A stretch of 64,000 bases of DNA from the human T2T-CHM13v2.0 reference genome, Homo sapiens, in assembly GCF_009914755.1 (NCBI RefSeq), contig NC_060938.1; one strand, given 5' to 3'. The position numbers were made by a program, and so were the translations under genes. This document shows, piece after piece, positions 31,449 to 47,800 of this stretch. The notes under the pieces were generated by a model that saw nothing but the letters and a program-made list of their open reading frames with translations, ran no database searches and was not told the DNA's origin. The number at the start of each line of letters is the position of its first letter. Positions within the stretch are counted from its first letter, which is position 1.

Positions 31449-34400
31449 GTGAGGGCTAACCTGGGCAGGTTCCGGCTGAAACCATGGGGGTGGGAGCTGA
31501 AGCTTTGGTGGGGAGGTCAGAACTAGGGGTTGAGGGAGCTTGAGCTCAGTCAGCAAGAGGAGAAGAGCAATTGAGAAAGTGGAGAAGACCCCTGCTCACA
31601 CAAGGGATTGGGGCTGGGCTAGGGTGGAGGGGAAGAGCTGCCTAAATGCCCCCTCCCCCAGCACTCCCAGGGCTTTGCTTGAGAAACTGGTACATGGCCC
31701 CTAGCTCAGCCTCATTCCCGAGGCTGGAACAGGCAAGAAGGAAGGGGAGAGGAAAGGGGCAGCCCACAAGCCTGGGAATCACAGGCAGGGGCTACCCCGG
31801 GGAACTATTGTAAGGGTTCTTCTGGCTGCTGGAGGCCCTGGCTGCTGGCCAAGTATTGATCCTGGGCTATTTCCAGCCTCCCTCTAGCCCCCTTTGTTGT
31901 GTCTGTTGTTCCTCCTCCAGTTACCCTGACCCACGCATTGTCACTCTCCCTTTCGCTCACACACACACACACACACACACACACTATCTCTCTCTCTCTA
32001 CTTCTACTGCTCTATGAACACAATATTCTCTCCCACTCACAGGGACAGACAGGGATGCAGGATTCTCACATCCAACCACGCAATGAGGGATGCTCACCTA
32101 CAGGGCCACGGGAAGCAGCAGCCCCTCTCTCTCTCTCACACACACACACAGAGAACCCACAGAGACCCAGCACGCACATCATCTCAAAAAGCAAAGGCCC
32201 TTTCCTAGGAAGAAGCTCACTACAAAGTTTTTTACTCTGCTATACCTACTCCCCAGACACTGGGCAGCAGTTTCAGCTTGTCATCCTCTCTGCTCCTCAG
32301 TTTGGGGATTACCAGTGCTGGAAACAGGAGGAGGAAGGGCCTCTTGATGGAAAAAGAGGCAGCTTCCCCAAACCTCCCCCAACTCCACCGTACAGGGCCA
32401 GAGGCCTAGTCTGGGGGTTTGCCTGTGTATCAGTGTAAAGTGTGAGTGGGTATGTGAGCCTGCATTCAGGTCCCTTCCCTGCATGGGGCACGTTTTGAAT
32501 AGGTTGGGGTTGGGACCGCATTGGAGAAGCTATCATGTCAACTCCAGTTCAGGCTTCTGGAGACTTTAGTGTAAGAGGTCAGGCCAGACATTCTCAGTTC
32601 CTTCTGGGTAATGGTCATCAAGTGGGTGTAGCTGGGCCTCTGATACTGGAACAGCCTGGATTGAGCCTTCTGCATATGGTTGAGCATATCCCACTCATAG
32701 CTTCCTTTTCTTTGCCCTCCCATTTTATTTTAGAAGCAGATGCCACGCTACTAAAGAAGTCAGAGAAACTGTTGGCAGAGTTGGACCGGAGCGGGTTACC
32801 CTCTGCCCCTGGGGCCCCCAGACGAAGAGGCAGTATGCCTGTCCCCTACAAGCACCAGCTCCGGCGGGCCCAGGCTGTAGATGAACTTGACTGGCCACCT
32901 CAGGCCTCATCCTCTGGCTCGTCTGACTCCTTGGGCTCAGGGGAGGCAGCCCCTGCTCAAAAGGATGGCATCTTCAAGGTCATGCTAGTGGGGGAGAGCG
33001 GCGTGGGCAAGAGCACCCTAGCAGGCACTTTTGGTGGTCTCCAGGGAGACAGTGCTCACGAACCGGAGAACCCAGGTATTTGGGGAAGCCCTCCAGGGGT
33101 TGAGGGGGCTCTGGGGCCCTGGTCAGGGAAGGAAGTGCTCGTGACCTGAGCAGCCCCTGAAGGACAGAGCTTAACAGAAGCTTTTCCAATGCTTTCTGTG
33201 GTAGCCTCCCTGAAGAGGGGCAGGGTTCCCTGGTGCTGAGATCTGAGGTGTCCCTGGTTACCAGGTCTCACAAATGTTGGGAAACCTCCTAATGGACTTT
33301 ATACCCTCTCCCTATTTCCCAGCAGAGGATACCTATGAGAGACGCATCATGGTGGATAAGGAGGAAGTGACTCTAGTCGTTTATGACATCTGGGAACAGG
33401 TGAGAACTAAGATGTGGCTGCAGGCAGGTGATGAAGCTGGGAGAACTGGGGAAGGGCAAAGTCTGGCTGAAGGCTGGTGGGACTGCTGGTCCTGGTTTCC
33501 ACATGTACTGGAACCTGACCTTTCATTCATATCACCTCAGAAAGCAAAGGCCCACACTACAGCCTGTGGCTGTTAAGACCCACAGTCTTTCCAGGATCTT
33601 CTGACTCAGAGCAAACTTAGGATGGGAATTTGACAAACCCTGCAGCTCCAAGCTAGGCTGGACACCCTGAAATTGACTCCATCCATAAATTTTTCAGCCT
33701 GAAGGAATCTGATGTGACAAGACAAGAGCTCAGGGATCTGGAATATCAGGGAAGGGGGAAAAAAGTGAGGACTTCTGAATATTTGGACATAAAGGTTACT
33801 ATGTAGAAATAAGAGGCCAAATTACAGACGTGTGAATAATATTCATTTTTGAATCAAGAGCTTAAGAAATTAGGATGGCTACCCTAGTCTAGGATCCTCA
33901 TATTACTAATTTCTTCCTCCTCCACAAACACTCTGGGTAGGGAGATTCTGCCATTAACTAGCTCTGCTGTCCTAAGCAGGTGGCTTCTTTCTGCCTCACA
34001 GCCCTGTTCCTCCTCTTTGAGGTGTAGGTGCTGGACAGGATCTCCTATGCCTCCAGCCCTAACGTTCCTCTGCCTGTCTGCAGGGGGATGCAGGAGGGTG
34101 GCTGCGGGACCACTGCCTTCAGACCGGGGACGCCTTTCTCATCGTCTTCTCAGTCACCGACCGACGGAGTTTCTCCAAAGTTCCAGAGACCCTACTTCGG
34201 CTCCGGGCTGGGAGGCCGCACCACGACCTACCCGTTATCCTCGTTGGAAACAAGAGCGACTTGGCCCGCTCCCGGGAGGTATCACTGGAGGGTGTGTATC
34301 CTGAACAGATTCCATACTTGCGATCTCAGGGGAATGCTCTCCCTTCCAAGTCACCTCTTCTCCCTAAGGCCTTTTTACCATCGCGGACGCACTCACTTGC

Positions 34401-34969
34401 AATCAGACCCAGGCTAGGGGGACACTCCCAATGCCCCACTCGAGGATCCTGAGAATCCCTTCTTGTCACTTCCCCTCACCTCTCTCCTAGGCCTCCTTCT
34501 CCCTCTCCTTCGCACCTCCACAGACCCACCATATGAGCTCAGCCATGTTCTCTCGGTTGCAAGATTCACTAGTACCAATCCCTTGCCACCGCACGCCCAG
34601 GCCCTCCCTAGACCCACCCTCGCCCCGGGTCCCGTACAGCCCAGCGGGCGCCTGAGCCGGTGCCTTCCTGCAGAGGGCCGCCACCTGGCCGGGACGCTGA
34701 GCTGCAAGCACATCGAGACGTCGGCCGCACTGCACCACAACACGAGGGAGCTCTTCGAGGGCGCGGTGCGCCAGATCCGGCTGCGGCGGGGCCGAAACCA
34801 CGCCGGAGGCCAGAGGCCCGATCCGGGCAGCCCCGAGGGCCCTGCGCCACCTGCACGCCGCGAGAGCCTCACCAAGAAAGCCAAGAGGTTCCTCGCCAAC
34901 CTGGTGCCGCGCAACGCCAAGTTCTTCAAGCAGCGCTCCAGGTCGTGTCACGACCTCTCGGTGCTCTGA
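31346..34969 (+). CDS. REM2: GTP-binding protein REM2 (RGK family), join(31346-31448,32734-33075,33326-33399,34084-34291,34674-34969), 340 aa
   Basis: Exons sum to 1023 nt; G1 GESGVGKS, RGK-type G3 DIWE, G4 NKSD, G5 ETSA, 14-3-3 motif RRRGSMP, polybasic C-terminus ending RSRSCHDLSVL. Confidence 0.97.
31957..31998. repeat. (CA)n plus (TC)n microsatellite in REM2 intron 1
   Basis: CA run followed by TC run. Confidence 0.9.
32734..33075 (+). CDS. REM2: REM2 exon 2 (P-loop)
   Basis: tttag|AA GCA GAT...CCA G|gtatt. Confidence 0.95.
33326..33399 (+). CDS. REM2: REM2 exon 3
   Basis: cagcag|AG GAT ACC...GAA CAG|gtgag; DTYERRIMVD...DIWEQ. Confidence 0.93.
34084..34291 (+). CDS. REM2: REM2 exon 4
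   Basis: tgcag|GGG GAT GCA...GAG G|gtgtg; contains ILVGNKSDL. Confidence 0.95.
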
Positions 34970-35300
34970 GCCGCGGTCGCCATGGCCACTGCGGTCGCCA
35001 TGGTCACCGCGCCCTCCGCTCGCCCCCCCTCGCCCCGCCCCGCCCCCGTCCGGCTTCCTTGGTGGAGGCCGTCTAGGAAACCAAAAACTCCCAGGATGCC
35101 CCGGTGTGACCGCCGGGGGCGGCCCGGGGCCGCTCGGCGGCACCTCCACACCCGCCCCAACGCGTTCTCTGGAGCTTTGGGCCTCAGGGCGCCTAGAAGG
35201 CGAGGACGCAGACCTGAAGGCGGCCGGTGAGCGGGGCGGGTTCTGCTGGGTCGGGAAGAAAAATAATTCTGCAAGGTATTTTGTTTTTTATTAATTCGCG
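34560..35300. promoter_or_regulatory. CpG island over REM2 last exon and 3'UTR
   Basis: Very high CpG density; GC boxes at 35020-35050; X-box-like repeats at 34976 and 34994. Confidence 0.8.
34674..34969 (+). CDS. REM2: REM2 exon 5 coding part
   Basis: tgcag|AG GGC CGC...GTG CTC TGA. Confidence 0.96.
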
Positions 35301-35306
35301 CTTGGC

Positions 35307-35627
35307 CACCTCATCTGTAAAGAGATTCTAAAAGCAAGATCTGGAAAAGTGCTTCGTAGACTCCTTGACGGAGTTTGCCTCCTTTGTACGCTGCGTGAAC
35401 ATGCCTCACCTTTAAGAGAGTCTTAAAGGTAAAGACACGAAAACACTTCCTCCAGGGACCTTCCCGAAAACGTTCTGGCTCTCATCTGGTGCGGCATGTG
35501 TCCACTTTGCCTTTAAGGAGTTCTTAAAGGCAAGGGCCTGGAAGTGCTGTTCCTGAGATGGATTCTCTTGACTTACCAGTCCACCACGGCACTTCCCCTT
35601 TAAGGTTATTAAAGGTAAGGGGTGGAC
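35307..35627. repeat. Degenerate ~95-bp-period repeat with palindromic CCTTTAA(G)..(C)TTAAAGG core in REM2 3'UTR
   Basis: Palindromes at 35408-35430, 35507-35533 and 35597-35615; degenerate copy at 35314-35335. Confidence 0.75.
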
Positions 35628-35716
35628 AGACTTTCTGCATTCAGATAATGAGCAGTGGCAACCCCTTTTGGCCAGGGCCAGGGGGGCACCAGCAAGGGGC
35701 CACCCTTTCCCTTTTC

Positions 35717-35722
35717 AATAAA
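35717..35722 (+). terminator. REM2: REM2 poly(A) signal
   Basis: AATAAA followed by U/GU-rich sequence. Confidence 0.8.
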
Positions 35723-36576
35723 TAATTTTTGTACTGCCTCTGTTCACTTTTGACTCTGTTCTTGGAGTCTTTGGGGAAGGAATGGGTGTTGATGGAAACT
35801 GCTGTTACCCACCAGAAAACTCAGGCCCAGAGGAGCAAGGAACCTAACTCTCTAAGGAGGCTCTGGAACTGACTTGGCCTGGGGTAGTCCATGTCATAGG
35901 GCCACAGGCCCTTACAGATAATCAGGTCCACTTCTTGCGTTTGCCGATGAGAAAACAGGCTTGGAGAGGAACAGGGACCTCCTAGAAGTCATTTGTAAAT
36001 TAGTGACACAGTGGGACCAAATCTCTAGATTCTGAGCCTCATCTCCTTACCCCCACTCTATCCTGCAGGGAACAGGCTAGAGGCTACACTTAGCTCCCAG
36101 CGGTACTCAGCTTTGACTTGGGCTGGTTCAAAGTGGGGCCCATATCCACCAGGGAAGCCCATCAGCTGTGGCGTGATGGGGGTCTGTCTGTGCCTCCTCT
36201 GGCAGGGCTCCACAGCCCCAGCTGTCACCTGCAAAGCCCGTGTGAGTACTGAAACTGTCACTGCCTCCCCTGGGGACGCCCACGCCTGCTGCTGCCTGAG
36301 CCATGAGTTTGAACAAAGGGAGCAGAGGCAGCAGCTCCCCTCACCACCCCTAGACATACAATACAGCTACCTGAGCACCTGAGGGCCAGCCTCCATTCTA
36401 CCCCACACAGCCTCCCAGAACTTGATGGAAAGAGGGTTGCAATGCTTCCTGAGTCCTTGTAGCTGGGGAGGAGCCAAGGGGACCATCCCAGCATGGGTAC
36501 TTATAATAAGATGAATAATGGCCCTATCCTTAGGACTTTATACACTTTATCTGTTAATTCCTTAAAGACTATATAA

Positions 36577-37844
<1,268 letters not shown>

Positions 37845-38049
37845 TGAGGCTCCCTTTCCAATAAGGATGGGAGGAAGAGAAAGAGGGGACAGCAGTCAAG
37901 ATGCGGGGACACAATGGGCAGGGCCATGTGCAGTGGCTGTGGTGAAAGGTCCAGAGAAATTACATGGCTGTAGTGGAGTAAGCAAGTTCTAAATTCTGAA
38001 GACCATGAACAGAGGCAGCTCAAATTTTAAAACACAGGAAAACACACTG

Positions 38050-38700
38050 GGCCCATTAAGGGACCAGATGGCTGTACAGTTGGGTTGAAACCTCAGGGAC
38101 ATGAAGAGGAGGGGTAAGAGATGAGCATGGAAAAGAAGGTTTGGAGTCCCACTGTAAAGGACCTTAAATGCCAGGAAAAAGAGTTTGTGCCCAACTCTGT
38201 AGGCAGGGAGAGTCACTGCAGGTATCTGAATGTGGAAGTCATGATTAGGATGGTCTTTTGGGAAGAGGAGGCTGGGAGAGGTGTGTATGGATTGGAGCTG
38301 CAGAGGCAAGTACTGAGGAGCTGAGTTTAGGGACCAGTTAATAGTGATACATACAGAGGATAATGAAAGGCCATCCTGAGGGGGGTGGCAGTGGGAAAGG
38401 AAGGAGGCATGGGTTTGAGCATCAGAATCAATGGGACTTGGCAACTTAGTGGATGAGTATAAAGAGAGGAAGAAGTTGTAGGTGGTGAGAGGATGGTGCA
38501 GAACTTGGAGTAAAGGGGCAGAGGAGGTAGTGAGAGTAAGGAGCTCCATTTTGGAGACACTGAATTTGAGATGCTAGAAGAACATCTATATAGAGTTTCA
38601 GCAGCTCTCTAGAGTTGAATCTGAATCTGAAATTCAGAACAAGTTGGGACAAGAGAAACAGATTTGAGAATAATTACCATAAAGATAGTAGTAGAAGAGC
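38050..38700. mobile_element. L2 fragment
   Basis: Purine-rich degenerate L2 signature (gagctccattttggagacactgaatttgagatg...). Confidence 0.55.
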
Positions 38701-38711
38701 AAGGAGAAAAG

Positions 38712-38830
38712 GTGACCTGTGCAGTCACATAGGGCCCTAAGCTTAGTTTAATGTTCTGCTGTTATGTTCTTAAAATTCTTCGAACAAGGAGCCCTGTATT
38801 TTCATTTTGCAAGGGGATCCACAATTATAC
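38712..38830 (+). mobile_element. MER91A-like (hAT-Tip100) fragment
   Basis: gtgacctgtgcagtcacatagggccc...gaacaaggagccctgtattttcattttgca resembles MER91A. Confidence 0.6.
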
Positions 38831-38991
38831 TAAGGGAGAAGGTGCAGTACAGGCTGGGATCCTTACCCCAGACTACTGATGGAGTCTGCGTCTTGTGAAA
38901 TGGTACATACAATCTGATGTATTTGTGTAGTCATACCTGTGTCTGAGAATAGGGTTCATGAATTTCATCAGATTCACAAAAGGGTTTGTTA

Positions 38992-40371
<1,380 letters not shown>

Positions 40372-41285
40372 TTAAAACAAAGCCTTAGGGGTCCAGAGAA
40401 AGAAGAGGGAACAAGGAGATCCTGGGGATATATAGATGGAGAAGGTGGAGAAGCAGCTGCCAAAGAGGTAGTGGGAGAACTAGGATTGAGCCTGTTGTGA
40501 CTGCTGCCAGAGGAGGGGTTTCTAGGAGAGTATCACCAATGGTCAGATGTGGCCAGAGAGGAGGATGAGGAACAAGAAAGGCCCAGTGCCTTTTACGTGG
40601 CAGAAGCTTAAAACATGTCTTTCGTGTATGGAAGACCATGATGGCAAGACCTCCCCCACGAGGGGAGCCACACACCATGAGCCTCCCTCCCCCAACTCAG
40701 CCAGTCCCATCAGCCCGACCCATCTGTGTGTTCCCTCCAGACGCCTACAGGGAATAGCTCAGAACAGACGGAAGCTGAAGCCAGGCTCCCGCCAGACTTG
40801 GGAGAGGTGAGGCCTTCTCTGAGAGCCAGGCCATTCTCTCTTTCTCTCTCAAGGCAAAGTAGAGCCATTGATCTTGGCTGGGGTGAGAGGTCAGCAGAGG
40901 GCACTGGGACCTGAGCTGCCATGCCAGGTAAGGTCCTTTCTGTCCTCATGCATCTCTTAACCACTGCAATTTTGTCTTGGAGTCCGTGTTCCCTTACCAG
41001 CCCCTGCTACTCCCACTCCCCTTTGCCCACAAGACCGCCTCATTGGCCCAGAGCATAGACTTTGTGTGCTCTCCCCTGAGGGTCAGAGGAACGGGGGAGT
41101 CCTGCATCTGGAAATTTTTCCACTCTGGGCCTCTGCCTACAGATGAGCTTTTAGGCCGTGCTGCATCTGAGCCCTCTAGAGAGACTGGAACAGGGGCTCT
41201 TCTCTTCTGAAAGACTGCCGGGGTCATACGTGGAAGTCCTCTGGGTTAAACCCTCACTCCCAGGAAGTTCACACACACACATCTT

Positions 41286-41291
41286 TTTATT
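41286..41291 (-). terminator. RBM23: Candidate RBM23 distal poly(A) signal
   Basis: AATAAA on the minus strand, followed downstream by a (GT)n GU-rich element. Confidence 0.5.
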
Positions 41292-42498
41292 AATCTAATA
41301 TAGTTTCAATCCACATCAATCTAAGTAAATTTTCCTGGACATTTTAATCTTTCATCCACAAATGCTAGAAGACATTTTGTTTCTCTCAAGTACTAAACAT
41401 CTGCAATATGCCAATCAGTGTGCCGGGCCCAATGGGGAAAACAAATACAAATAAGACACAATTTCTGCCCGTCAAATAGCTTACAATTAAGCTGGGGAGA
41501 TGGATGAGGTGATACAGCACAAAACAGGCAAAATAGCAGCAAACAATACCACATTCTATCTAACTGGGGGCTACCTCATGTGCTCCAGGAATTCTGAATG
41601 GAAGAAACAGTAAATTTGGAAGACATATTTTAGAAACTGGGCCTTAAAGGATATGTAGGCTATAGATAGTTGAGAGAAAGAAGGAAAAGCATTCCTTGTG
41701 GTCAAACTACATGAGCAAATGCACAGAGAAGAAACAGTGGGCAGCCCACCACATGAGGAAAAGGCCCTTCCTATAAAGAAGGCAGCAAAATTTGGGTGGA
41801 TGGTGCAGTCGTCAAAGGACACAAATGCCGGACAAGAGCATACTGCTTCTCAGGCCTTTATCATCTCGGTGACTCCCTGATGGATATGCTTAAGGTCCCT
41901 TTTCATCTATTTGAATATTGATGTCAAGTTTCCACAGCTTAGTGGCCTTGAAAACTCCAGATGTGAATGCAAATTCAGTAAGCCCTTGAATGCTTTTCAA
42001 TTAGTGCTCAGGATGTTTCCTGGATGGGGGTCTGTGGATGAAGTCACTCTTAACCTGTCTGGTTTGCTGAACTCAGCTATGCTATCCCAACTCTAAAATG
42101 AAGAATACCTACCTTATAGCGAAGTCATGAGGACTAAATAAAAGAGCAAAGATCTTTGTAATTTCTCAAGCATTATACAGAGAAGCAGTGGAAGTAGTAA
42201 TGCCTTTTGCAACCTATGTCCTGGCCCTTTATTTAGGCATCAAAGCAGCTTGCTAAACTCTCAAAGCACAGCACCATTTGGAGATAAAAATTTAAGTTAT
42301 GGTCTACAAAGTCCAACGTGCCTTCCGTAGGACTCACGGGTAACACTTTTTTGGGTTTTGTCATCTGATGGAAGGTTGGGGGACAGATTGGAAATTGAAG
42401 CTCCACGATGGTATTTTACTGCATGATTTTCCATTTTTGTGTTCAAATTACAACTTGACTTTAAGCAGAGGACCTGTGCTGATTTAAAATACTTACTC

Positions 42499-43851
<1,353 letters not shown>

Positions 43852-45020
43852 CTGAGTGCCCTGGTATTTTTCCCCTGCCAGACAAAGCTAATGGTGTTAG
43901 GTACCTTGAAGGTACCTGTGAGGGGGGCTCATTTTGATTTTTCGAAACCATCTGGTTAAAATCTAACTATGTGGACAGAGCCTCAAGCATAAAGAGATTG
44001 GGCTAGTGGGATCTGTTTTCCTGAAAACTAGGCAGGTTGTGTGTGACCCAAGACCTTGTAAGCTTGGGGCTTCAGTGCAGGAACAATTTATTTATTTAAA
44101 AATGAAGATTTATTTTCACCATTGCACCGCCCTTGCTTTTCCCCATAAACCTTGAGCTCTAAAGTTGGGGAGAATGAAGTCAGCTAGAAAATCAAGTGAG
44201 TAGGCATCCAGAGGAGTGAAAATACTGAGGACAGTAATGAGCCAAGTTCCAAACCTTTCTCAATGAATTCTCACAACATCCCTATGAGATAGGTGTTATC
44301 ATTTCCTTTTTACAGATGAAGTGTGAGAGAAGTGAAGTAACCTACCCAAGCTTATTCAGCTAGTTTGTGAGGGAAGAGGGATCTGAACCATGCTGTGTGG
44401 TTCCAGAGTGTGACACTCGGCTACAGGGTGGAGGTCCCCTAGCTTGCTTATGCTCAGGAGTTGAGGAGGCGAATTCTTAGCACCACTAATTCTAAGCAAG
44501 TAGGCTTCCTGATGCCTGAAAGCTGACTGAAACTCCCATCCTTTCTGGAACATTGGCAAGTTTGACGGGTCTCCGATTTCCAAGGTCATTGTTTCTCCTT
44601 TCTACAATCCGGCACTGACTGGCTGCTTTCCAGTCTTCAGGCACCTCATCCATCTACCCATTGCTCTCAAAAATAACTGCTTAATGGCTCTCCAGAAACT
44701 CCAGCCAACTCCTTAAGGGCTCTTGAGAGCAGATCATCTGAACAACTAATAGACTTCATCCAACTTTTTGAAGTGATCTTTGCTCAGCTCTTTCCTTGCA
44801 CCCACCTTCCCACGTGATCTAAGTTGGTTGGTCTGCTTCACCTCACTTTCACAGAGCTCTCTCAACCAAGGGCACACCAGAGAGCAAACCAGTCCTGGAT
44901 ATAAAGCGCAAAAGTTATGAGAGAGGGGAAAGGATGTCTGAAGCTAGAAGATTCAGATATGCAGCTTCTCAGACCGGAATTCCTTTCCTGCATCCAGCTC
45001 GTGACTATTGCCTTCACCTG

Positions 45021-45098
45021 GTTGCCATGGAAACATCAGTCTCTGGTGGATGGCAAGCAGCACTTTAGAAAGAAAGTATCACAGGCTACCATGGTAAC
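45021..45098. promoter_or_regulatory. Paired RFX X-box motifs
   Basis: GTTGCCATGGAAAC (45021-45034) and GCTACCATGGTAAC (45085-45098). Confidence 0.6.
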
Positions 45099-45508
45099 AT
45101 CAGAAAGAGTAAAGCTGCATCTTCTCTCCTGGTGGAGTGAGGAAGGAATGGATGAGGCTGCTGGGAAAAGCAGCCTAGAAGGGGCAGCCTTTGGAAAGCC
45201 TGGTGCTGACTTTAACACTTTAATGAACAGCATTCATTCAATTCTACAGACATTTAATATGTGCAAGGCAAAGCAATCATGAGAAAGACATCCAAGTCTG
45301 GCCTCATCAGGCTGTAACCATCAAGTAATGGAGTTTTCAATAAAATAATTTTTATTGCAATTATTTTATTTACTAAATAAAAGTAGAGTAAGATGACCCA
45401 CAAGAGGACAAAGAATACTGAAAAGAGAGATTAACTCCACCTAGGAAAGCTTCAGGGTCTTAAAGGACAGGACTTTGATCAGCAGAAGGAGGAAAGGAAG
45501 AGAGATAG

Positions 45509-45679
45509 CTGGCAGGTTAGATCACTCCCATGCCTCCTAGCAAGATGCTGAGCCTACAGTAGGTCTGGCCTCAAGCTGCTTCAAGATAAGGTCTGAGGCT
45601 GGCTTCTCAATGCACATGCCCATGCTATCTCCCAGGGCCCTTGTAGCAGAAAGAGCACCTTCAAGGTTCACCCACAAAC
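45509..45679 (+). repeat. Direct ~170-bp copy of 49185-49353
   Basis: Near-identical non-Alu sequence ctggcagg...ttcacccacaaac at both positions. Confidence 0.95.
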
Positions 45680-47139
45680 ACTGTCACTCAAGATAAGCAA
45701 AGACATGGCAGTGGAAAAATTCTGAGTCTACGGAGAGCTATGGGTACAGGGATAGGAAAAGTGACACTTCCTCACTGACTCCAAGGCCTTGTCTTCCATG
45801 GTGGTGCTGAGAGGCAGGTAAGGTTAAGATCAAGGGATCTGAAGCGAGAGTACTTGGATTGGAATCCCTAACTTGCTAACTTTGTGCTTATGGGGAAAAT
45901 TATTTAACTTATTTGGATATGTTTCCTTGTTTACAAAGTAAAGATAATAAACTACTTGAGAGGATTGTTGTGAGGATTTTGTGACTTAATACACGATTAG
46001 AACACCTAACCTACAACCAACCTTGCATAAATGTTAACAATGACCATTATGCCACCTCCTGTCACCTCACCTTTCAGAGTCTCTTTTCACTGTCCAAGTG
46101 TTGCTGCCTGATTTTCACTAAAGCCTTTCCATTACACGGAAAAGAGGGACTGTGATATAATTCCATCCTTCAGGTTTTTACTCAATTCCCTTCATGATAT
46201 GCTCCAGGACTAAAAGTTCACAGGTCAAGCCTCTGCTTCTACTGGTAACTCCTATCTGGGGGTTGTTGGGAGTCTGAGGAAGCAGGCAGAATTCCTGTGT
46301 CAAGAGCACAGCAGTTTAAAGAACAGGGAGGAAATGCTGCCACCTTAGTGAATACAGAAGCATAGACTGGAAGTCAAAAATCAGGTGAGAATCTTTTCTA
46401 GAACTGAAGACTGGTAGGGAAATTCTAACTATGCTGGCAAAGGATCTAGATCACAATGTCACCCCTACGCCACCAGCCACCATGTGCAGGTAGATGTTGA
46501 GGGAAGTTTCTTTTACCTTAAGCTGGGCCCAGAGTCTGTTCACAGCCCGCTTCTCTCCACTCTAACCACCTCGTATGGAGGGATGAGTAACAAGAAGGCA
46601 CTGAGTCACACACGGACAGCAACTGTCACTCACTAGATACCATCACCTTATATGGAGTAAGACTGGAAATTGTCTTAGATACGTCCTTACTTCCAACATT
46701 GTCTCTCTCCCAGCAAGAGGCTATGTGAGGAACTAAGAACAAGAAAGAACTGAGGTGGAAGGATCCGAGTGTAGGAAGGCCAAGGTAGCTAGGGATGGAA
46801 ACATAAGGAAACCAAGCAGAGGAAGGCAGGGAGGCAAGGCCTGTGGATATTTATAATAGTCTGAAGGAGCCAAGCCAGCCATGAGAAGACCCAGTTCATG
46901 GCCTCAGGATGACTAACAAAAACGGTACCCACTGCACTTCTCAAGATACATTAGAAGCCAAATCAATAACTGTAGGGGTGCTGGGTCATAGCCAGCAGCT
47001 TCTACCTAAAAATAGTGCATCCTCCTTCCCTTTTCCCCCGGTCCAGAAAGCAAACTAGGATAAGATGGGGGAAGGGATGGGGGTGGTAACCAGGAGAACA
47101 GCAACATCATGTGAGATCTAGGCCTGGAAGAATCAGAAA

Positions 47140-47800
<661 letters not shown>

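Noticed and set aside
34487-35149. 220-aa antisense ORF over REM2 exon 5
   Set aside because: CpG-island antisense shadow with no domain features
35307-35627. CRISPR array interpretation of the palindromic repeats
   Set aside because: Human 3'UTR context, degenerate repeats, long unequal spacers and no cas genes; kept as a hairpin-array finding instead
46609-46622. REST/RE1 site (CACGGACAGC)
   Set aside because: Only the right half-site is present; the TCAGCACC left half is missing
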